From: Candidatus Angelobacter sp.
GTDB taxonomy: Bacteria; Chloroflexota; Dormibacteria; Aeolococcales; Aeolococcaceae
DNA: 64,000 bases
Direction of reading: 5' to 3'
NCBI GenBank assembly: GCA_035569495.1
Contig: DATMMX010000011.1
Coordinates: 265,060-329,059 of the forward strand
In this document: positions 57,509 through 64,000 of the stretch, one piece after another
Layout: every line of letters starts with the position of its first letter
How positions within the stretch are numbered: the stretch's first letter is position 1
Made by a program: the position numbers and the translations under genes
The notes under the pieces: generated by a model
What the model was told of the DNA's origin: nothing
The model's database searches: none
Seen by the model: only the letters and a program-made list of their open reading frames with translations

Positions 57509-59694
57509 AGGTCGTCTCCGAGCTGCAATCCCACGTCGACCGGCTGCTCAGCGGCGAGCACCACAACCCCCATGAGGTCCTCGGCGCCCACCCGAACGGC
57601 GACGGCATCGTCATCCGCGTCTTCCACCCCGCCGCCACCGACGCAGCCGTGGTCTGGGACGGCGGCGCGCGGGACATGCAGCGCGTCGACGAGCGCGGCC
57701 TGTTCGAGACACACCTGTCTACAACTGAGGTGCCCGCCTACCGCCTGCAGATGCGCACCGGCAAGCACGCCTGGGAGATGCAGGACCCCTACCGCTTCCT
57801 GCCCACGCTGGGCGAGCTCGACCTGCACCTGATCGGCGAGGGCCGCCACATGGAGCTGTGGCGCCGTCTCGGCGCTCGGGTCATCGAGCACCAGGGCGTG
57901 CGGGGCACCGCCTTCGCGGTGTGGGCGCCCAATGCGCGCGGCATCCGCGTGGTCAGCGACGCCTCCGGCTGGGACGACCGCCTCCATCCGATGCGCTCGC
58001 TCGGCGGCAGCGGGGTGTGGGAGCTGTTCCTCCCCGGCGCCGGCGCCGGCACCACCTACAAGTACCAGGTGATCCGCGCCGACGGCCGCGCCCTCATGCA
58101 CGCCGACCCGCTGGCCAGGCGCAGCGAGCGCCCGCCGGCCAACTCGTCGATCGTCGACGAGTCGCAGCACGAATGGCAGGACGCGGCGTGGATGCAGAAG
58201 CGCGCGCAGACGGTCTACGACAGCGCCCCGCTCTCCACGTACGAGGTGCACCTGGGTTCGTGGCGCCGCCGCCCCGAGGAGAACGAGCGCCCGCTCACCT
58301 ACCTGGAAGCTGCGGACGAGCTGGCCGACTACTGCGGCACCTTGGGCTTCACCCACGTCGAGTTCATGCCGCTCGCCGAGCACCCCTTCACCGGGTCGTG
58401 GGGCTACCAGGTCACCGGCTACTACTCCCCCACCGCGCGCTACGGGACGCCCGACGAGCTGCGTGCCATGATCGACGCGCTGCACCGCCGTGGCATCGGC
58501 GTCATCCTCGACTGGGTCCCCGCGCACTTCCCGCGCGACGAGTGGGCGCTGGCCCGCTTCGACGGCACCGCGCTGTACGAGCACGCCGACCCCAAGCGCG
58601 GCGAGCACCCCGACTGGGGCACGCTGGTCTTCAACTACGGGCGCAACGAGGTGCGCAACTTCCTGGTCGCCAACGCGCGCTACTGGTTCGAGGAGTTCCA
58701 CGTCGACGGGCTGCGCGTCGACGCCGTCGCCTCGATGCTCTACCTCGACTATTCGCGCAAGGCGGGCGAGTGGATCCCCAACCCTTACGGCGGGCGCGAG
58801 AACCTCGACGCCATCGCGTTCCTGCGCGAGACCAACGACGTGGTGCAGCGCGACTTCCCCGGCGGCCTGATGATCGCCGAGGAGTCGACGGCGTGGCCGG
58901 GCGTGTCGCGGCCCACGTCGAGCGGCGGGCTGGGCTTCAGCTTCAAGTGGAACATGGGTTGGATGCACGACACCCTGGAGTACATCCGCAATGACCCGGT
59001 GTTCCGCCGCTACCACCACCACGAGCTGACCTTCGGACTGCTCTACGCGTGGTCGGAGCGCTTCGTGCTGCCGCTGTCGCACGACGAGGTGGTGCACGGC
59101 AAGGGCTCGCTGATCGGCAAGATGCCCGGCGACATCTGGCAGAAGCGGGCCAACCTGCGCGCCCTGTTCGCCTGGATGTGGGCGCACCCGGGCAAGCAGC
59201 TCGTCTTCATGGGCGGCGAGCTGGGACAGTTCGACGAGTGGTCGCACGACCGCAGCATCGACTGGCACCTGCTGCAGTACCCCGAGCACGAGGGGATCCA
59301 GCGCCTGGTGCGCGACCTCAACCTCGTCTACCGCGAGACGCCCGCGCTGTTCGAGCGCGACGTGTCGCCCGAGGGCTTCCGCTGGATCGACGCCGGCAAC
59401 GCCGACCAGAACGTGATCAGCTTCATCCGATACGACGCGCACGGCCATCCCGGCGTGGTCTGCGTGGCCAACTTCTCGCCGACGGTTTACGAGAACTTCC
59501 GCGTCGGCCTGCCGCTCGGCGGCCGCTGGCGCGAGGTGATCAACACCGACGCGAGCGTCTACGGCGGCAGCGACGTGCGCAACTGGGACGGCGTCGAGGC
59601 CGAGCCCAACACCTGGCACGGCCAGCCCTTCAGCGCCGCCATGCACCTGCCCCCGCTGGGCGTGCTCTGGCTGGAGCCTCCACCGCAGGGATGA
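57504..59694 (+). CDS. glgB: 1,4-alpha-glucan branching enzyme GlgB.
   Basis: ATGA overlap with the maltokinase stop. HNPHEVLGAHP, GVILDWVPAHFPRD, GLRVDAVASMLYLDY, and a C-terminal beta domain. Confidence 0.9.
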
Positions 59695-59707
59695 CGCCGC
59701 GCGGCCG

Positions 59708-60952
59708 ATGCGCCTGCCGCCGCCGCACGGTAGGCTCCGGCGCATGAGCGCCGCACGACCTCGCCAGCGCCTCACGCCCGGGCCGCTGCAGCCGTGGATC
59801 GACTTCGGGCTGTGCGCGGTGGTGACCCTGGCGGGCCTGGGCGCGGCGCTGAGCGTCAACATCGATCGCGGTCCCCCCGGGACGCCGCCGGTCGGCACGT
59901 CCGTCTACGCGCTCGGCATCGCCCTGGCCCTGCTCGGCGGCCTGCCCCTGGCGGTGCGGCGGCGCTGGCCGCTGGGGGTGCTGGGGCTCATCGAGACCTC
60001 GGTGCTGCTGCACCTCGCCGTCATCGCCGCCAACCCGCGGGCCACCATCCTGGGGCTGGCCGCGGCGATGTACACCGTCGGCGCCGAGGAGCCGCGCAGC
60101 CGCTCGATGCTCGCCGCGGTCGGGGTGGCGGCGGCCAACGCGGCCGTCTACCTCGGGCTGTTCGTCTCCGGGCAGACCGACGCGCCGCAGAACTTCTTCG
60201 TGGTCACCGTGCTGGTGGCGGGGGCCTGGGCGCTCGGCGACAACATCGGCACCCGACGCGCCTACCTGGCCTCGCTGGAGGAGCGGGCCAGGCGCCTGGA
60301 GCGGGAGCAGCAGGAGCAGGCCCGCAGCGCGGTGCTCGACGAGCGATCGCGCATCGCCCGCGAGCTGCACGACGTGGTCGCCCACCACGTCAGCGCCATC
60401 GCCGTGCAGGCGGGCGCCGCCGAGGAGATCGCCGAGCGCGACCCGCGCCGCGCCCGCGAGGTGCTGGGCACCATCCAGGCGGCCAGCCGCCAGGCGCTGG
60501 CGGAGATGCGCGCCCTGGTCGGGGTGCTCCGCGACGAGCCCGGCGACGAGCAGCTCACCCCCCAGCCCAGCCTGGCCCAGCTCGACCGCCTGATCGCCCA
60601 GGTCCGCGGCGCCGGGCTGCAGGTGGCGGTGCGGGTCGAGGGGACCAGCCGCGAGCTGCCCGCCGCGCTCGACCTCAGCGCCTTCCGCCTGGTGCAGGAG
60701 GCGCTGACCAACACGCTGCGCCACGCGTCGGCGACGCGCGCCGAGGTGGTGGTGCGCTACGGCGAGGACGAATTGGAGGTGACCGTCACCGACGACGGCA
60801 GCGGCGGCGCGGCGGGCTCGACGGCGTCCGGCGCGGGCCGCGGGCTGGTGGGCATGCGCGAGCGCGTCGCGCTCTTCCACGGCCACCTCGACGTGGGCCG
60901 CGGCGCCGCCGGAGGATTTCGCGTCCACGCAACCCTGCCGATCGCCACGTGA
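59708..60952 (+). CDS. Two-component sensor histidine kinase (HisKA_3 / NarX-DesK type) with an N-terminal multi-TM sensor.
   Basis: RARRLEREQQEQARSAVLDERSRIARELHDVVAHHVSAI (HisKA_3). HATPase LRHASATRAEVVVRY...GRGLVGMRERVALFHG. Confidence 0.8.
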   Translation: MRLPPPHGRLRRMSAARPRQRLTPGPLQPWIDFGLCAVVTLAGLGAALSVNIDRGPPGTPPVGTSVYALGIALALLGGLPLAVRRRWPLGVLGLIETSVLLHLAVIAANPRATILGLAAAMYTVGAEEPRSRSMLAAVGVAAANAAVYLGLFVSGQTDAPQNFFVVTVLVAGAWALGDNIGTRRAYLASLEERARRLEREQQEQARSAVLDERSRIARELHDVVAHHVSAIAVQAGAAEEIAERDPRRAREVLGTIQAASRQALAEMRALVGVLRDEPGDEQLTPQPSLAQLDRLIAQVRGAGLQVAVRVEGTSRELPAALDLSAFRLVQEALTNTLRHASATRAEVVVRYGEDELEVTVTDDGSGGAAGSTASGAGRGLVGMRERVALFHGHLDVGRGAAGGFRVHATLPIAT

Positions 60953-61605
60953 TCCGCGTCCTGATCGCCGACGACCAGACCCTGGTGCGCGCCGGCTTTC
61001 GCATGGTGGTGGAGGCGCGCGATGACCTCACCGTGGTCGGCGAGGCCGGCGACGGCGCCGAGGCGGTGGCCCTGGCCGCCGAGCTGCACCCCGACGTGGT
61101 GCTCATGGACGTGCGCATGCCCGCGATGGACGGCATCGAGGCCACCCGGCGCATCACCGCGCTCGACGCCGCGGCGCACATCCTCATCCTCACCACCTTC
61201 GACCTCGACCAGTACGTGTACGAGGCACTGCGCGCGGGCGCGGGCGGATTCCTGCTCAAGGATGCGCCGCCCGAGGAGCTGGCGGCGGCGATCCGCGCCG
61301 TGGCGGCGGGGGATTCGCTGCTGGCGCCGTCGGTGACGCGGCGGCTGATCGAGCGCTTCGTCGCCCTGCCCGCCCCGCCCACCGCCGACCCCGCGGTGCT
61401 CTCCGACCTCAGCGCGCGCGAGGCGGAGGTGCTGCGCCTCGTCGCCCGCGGGCTGAGCAACCAGCAGATCGCCGACGAGCTGGTGGTCAGCCCGGCGACG
61501 GTGAAGAGCCACGTCGCCCGGCTGCTGATGAAGCTGGGGCTGCACGACCGCACCCAGGCCGTGGTGCTCGCCTACGAGACCGGCTTCGTCACGCCGGGCG
61601 GCTGA
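60949..61605 (+). CDS. NarL/LuxR-family response regulator.
   Basis: GTGA overlap with the kinase stop. IRVLIADDQTLVRAGFRMVVE...VVLMDVRMPAMDGIE. C-terminal LSAREAEVLRLVARGLSNQQIADELVVSPATVKSHV. Confidence 0.85.
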   Translation: MIRVLIADDQTLVRAGFRMVVEARDDLTVVGEAGDGAEAVALAAELHPDVVLMDVRMPAMDGIEATRRITALDAAAHILILTTFDLDQYVYEALRAGAGGFLLKDAPPEELAAAIRAVAAGDSLLAPSVTRRLIERFVALPAPPTADPAVLSDLSAREAEVLRLVARGLSNQQIADELVVSPATVKSHVARLLMKLGLHDRTQAVVLAYETGFVTPGG

Positions 61606-61699
61606 CGGAAATTCATCGCGCCGGATTTCATCCTCCAGGCGGAGCGATTTCCCCACCGCGGCGGACGACGTCACCCCGTGCAGCGCCGACCATGGGGCC

Positions 61700-62665
61700 A
61701 TGACAACCACCACCGCACTCCCCCCGGTCTTCGAGCCACCGGCGCCGGTACCCACCGCCGTCGACGCCGCCATCCGCACCAGCGGGCTGAGCAAGGTGTA
61801 CGGCGACCGCACCGTGGTCGACGGCGTCGACCTGCTCGTCCCGCGCGGCTCGATCTGCGGCTTCGTCGGCCCCAACGGGGCCGGCAAGACCACCACGCTG
61901 CGCATGCTGCTCGGCCTGGTCCGGCCGACCCAGGGCGGCGGCGAGGTGCTCGGCAGCAGCGTCGACCATCCCGAGAAGTACCTGGCCAAGGTCGGCGCCC
62001 TGATCGAGGGGCCCGCCTTCTATCCCACCCTGAGCGGGCGCAGCAACCTGCGCGTTCTGGCCAGTCTTGGCGGATTCCCGAGGTCGCGGGTCGAGGAGGT
62101 GCTGGAGATCGTCGAGCTGCGCGACCGCGCCGGCGACCTGTTCCGCACCTACTCGCTGGGCATGAAGCAGCGCCTCGGCGTCGCCGCCGCGCTGCTGCCC
62201 GATCCCGAGCTGCTGGTGCTGGACGAGCCAACCAACGGGCTCGACCCCGGCGGCATCATCGAGACCCGCGCCCTGCTGCGCCGCTTCCGCGACCAGGGCA
62301 TGACCGTGTTCGTCAGCAGCCACCTGCTCGGCGAGCTGGAGCAGGTCGCCGACTGGCTGGTGCTCATCGACCAGGGCAGGCTCGCCTACCAGGGGCCGAT
62401 CGGCGACCTGGTCGGCAGCCGGCACGCCACCCTGCTGGTCGCCGGCGAGAGCGCCGCCGACCTCGAGGTCATCGCCGCGGTGGCCCGCCGCCTGGGCAGC
62501 ACCGCGACAGTTGTGGACAACCATGTCCGCATCGATGACGCCGGCATCGCCGCGGCGCTGAACCGCACCGCCATGAAGGCCGGCGTCACCCTCACCGAGC
62601 TGACCGTGCAGCGCGCCACCCTCGAGGACTCCTTCCTCGCCGTCACCGGAGGACACCTGTCGTGA
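61700..62665 (+). CDS. ABC transporter ATP-binding protein.
   Basis: Walker A GPNGAGKTT, signature LSLGMKQRL, Walker B LLVLDEPTNGLD. Confidence 0.85.
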   Translation: MTTTTALPPVFEPPAPVPTAVDAAIRTSGLSKVYGDRTVVDGVDLLVPRGSICGFVGPNGAGKTTTLRMLLGLVRPTQGGGEVLGSSVDHPEKYLAKVGALIEGPAFYPTLSGRSNLRVLASLGGFPRSRVEEVLEIVELRDRAGDLFRTYSLGMKQRLGVAAALLPDPELLVLDEPTNGLDPGGIIETRALLRRFRDQGMTVFVSSHLLGELEQVADWLVLIDQGRLAYQGPIGDLVGSRHATLLVAGESAADLEVIAAVARRLGSTATVVDNHVRIDDAGIAAALNRTAMKAGVTLTELTVQRATLEDSFLAVTGGHLS

Positions 62666-63432
62666 TCCGCGCCTTCCGCAGCGAATGGTTCAAGATCCGC
62701 CGCCCCGGCGTGCTCCTCGGCGGCCTGGGGGCGATGGTCGCCTTCTCCATCCTCGCCGTCGTGCTCACCGTGGCCCGCGCCGACAAGGCGCCCGACGCGG
62801 TGAACATCCTCCGCCTCTCCCAGCCCGACGGCTTCGCCTCGATCCTGCAGCGCGGCTCCGACTTCCTGGGCATCTTCGCCCTCGGCGTGCTCGCCGTGGC
62901 CACCGCCCAGGAGTACAGCAACGGGACGCTGCGGTCGCTGCTGGTCCGCGAGCCGCGGCGCCTGCGGCTGCTCGCCGGCAAGACCCTGGCCAACCTGGTC
63001 TACGTCTGCGCCTCGGTGCTGATCGGCAGCTTGGTCGCCCTGGCGGTCGCCCTGGCCATCGCGCCCAGCAAGGGCATCTCCACCTCGGCGTGGCTCGGCG
63101 CCGGGCTGGGCAACACCGTGGGTGTGATGGGCAACCTGGTCCTCGCCGCGGCCGCGTTCGGCCTGCTGGGCACGTTCCTCGCGCTTGTGGTGCGCGCCCC
63201 CGCCCCGGCCGTGATCGGCGGCGTGGTCTGGATCCTCCCCGTGGAGAACCTGCTGGCGCGGGCGTGGCCCAACGTCGGCCACTGGCTGCCCGGGCAGCAG
63301 CTCGCCGCCATCGTGGCCGGCGGCAACAACATCTCCGGCTACACCTGGGCGCTGGCCCTCGGGCTGAGCATGGCGGCGGCCGCGGCGATCGCCTCGGGCG
63401 CACTGTTCCGCCTCCGCGACGTGTCCGTCTAG
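62662..63432 (+). CDS. ABC-2-type transporter permease.
   Basis: Overlaps the ATPase stop. Six predicted TM segments. Confidence 0.7.
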   Translation: MIRAFRSEWFKIRRPGVLLGGLGAMVAFSILAVVLTVARADKAPDAVNILRLSQPDGFASILQRGSDFLGIFALGVLAVATAQEYSNGTLRSLLVREPRRLRLLAGKTLANLVYVCASVLIGSLVALAVALAIAPSKGISTSAWLGAGLGNTVGVMGNLVLAAAAFGLLGTFLALVVRAPAPAVIGGVVWILPVENLLARAWPNVGHWLPGQQLAAIVAGGNNISGYTWALALGLSMAAAAAIASGALFRLRDVSV

Positions 63433-63484
63433 GGGAGGCGGGCACGCCGGGCCGGGATGACAGGGGGGGTGCGCAACGGGTAGC

Positions 63485-63895
63485 GTGCTCAGGATGGATA
63501 CCGCCGCAGCACGAACGCGCCTGGAAGCCGAGCGGCGCCGTCTCGAGGAGACGCGCACCGCCGCCCTGGACCTGGTCTCGGGAAACACCGAGGAGGCGGT
63601 GCAGGAGCTGGCCACCTACGACCAGCACCTCGCCGACCAGGGGACCGAGACCTTCGAGCGGGAGCGCGACACCAGCGTCCTGCAGCGGGTCGAGGCCCAG
63701 CTCCGCGAGGTGGACGACGCCCTGGCCCGGCTCGACGCCGGCACCTACGGGCGCTGCGAGCTGTGCGGCAAGCCGATCGGCGACGAGCGCCTGGAGGCCA
63801 TGCCCGCCGCCCGCTACTGCCTCGAGGACCAGGCCCGCGCCGAGCGCGAGGGCCGCTTCAACACCGGCCAGCCGACCGGCGACATCACCTACTGA
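63485..63895 (+). CDS. DksA/TraR-family C4-type zinc-finger protein.
   Basis: Coiled-coil N-terminus and CELCGKPIGDERLEAMPAARYCLEDQ zinc finger. Confidence 0.75.
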   Translation: MLRMDTAAARTRLEAERRRLEETRTAALDLVSGNTEEAVQELATYDQHLADQGTETFERERDTSVLQRVEAQLREVDDALARLDAGTYGRCELCGKPIGDERLEAMPAARYCLEDQARAEREGRFNTGQPTGDITY

Positions 63896-64000
63896 GTTGC
63901 TGAGCGGCGGCCTCAGGCCCCCGCCACGGCGGGGGGAACGCTGTCGTTCGGCCGCACTCCAGCGGCGAATGATGGCGTGGGGGTGCTCCCCCCACCGGGC

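Overview
High-GC (about 70%) window with dense, mostly operonic gene packing; the gene content points to an actinobacterial-type chromosome. Four blocks are visible.

(1) 1-12.8 kb looks like an accessory region. It ends at a tRNA-Gln(CTG) and carries a run of signal-peptide proteins of unknown function, an ECF sigma factor fused through a transmembrane helix to an extracytoplasmic BNR/Asp-box domain, a decayed serine-recombinase pseudogene, a secreted protein with CARDB/NBR1-like repeats, a second ECF sigma/anti-sigma pair and a superinfection-immunity-like membrane protein.

(2) 13-23 kb is housekeeping: a class A penicillin-binding protein (PBP) preceded by a holin-family/DUF3618 pair, two paralogous MerR(HspR-like) regulators flanking a CheY-like receiver, and otsBA trehalose synthesis.

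(3) 23.7-32.2 kb is a contiguous Tad/Flp-pilus-like operon: TadZ-like, CpaF, TadB, TadC, an unlisted 50-aa Flp pilin, two TadE/G pseudopilins and CpaB. It ends, by ATGA start/stop overlap, in a 717-aa VirB4/TrbE-family ATPase. This Tad x VirB4 combination is the most unusual system in the window.

(4) 32-64 kb holds metabolism and regulation: a DJ-1 family protein, a Tam-like methyltransferase, rplY, the B12-binding subunit of methylmalonyl-CoA mutase, a GAF histidine kinase, TetR, a VWA/ChlI-like ATPase pair, cbiA with a candidate cobalamin-riboswitch leader, recJ, a GGDEF protein, acnA, a colinear GlgE alpha-glucan pathway cluster (glgX-glgE-treS-pep2-glgB), a HisKA_3/NarL two-component system with an ABC-2 exporter, and DksA/TraR.

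No CRISPR array or rRNA was seen. Many six-frame ORFs are GC-driven artefacts and were not called.
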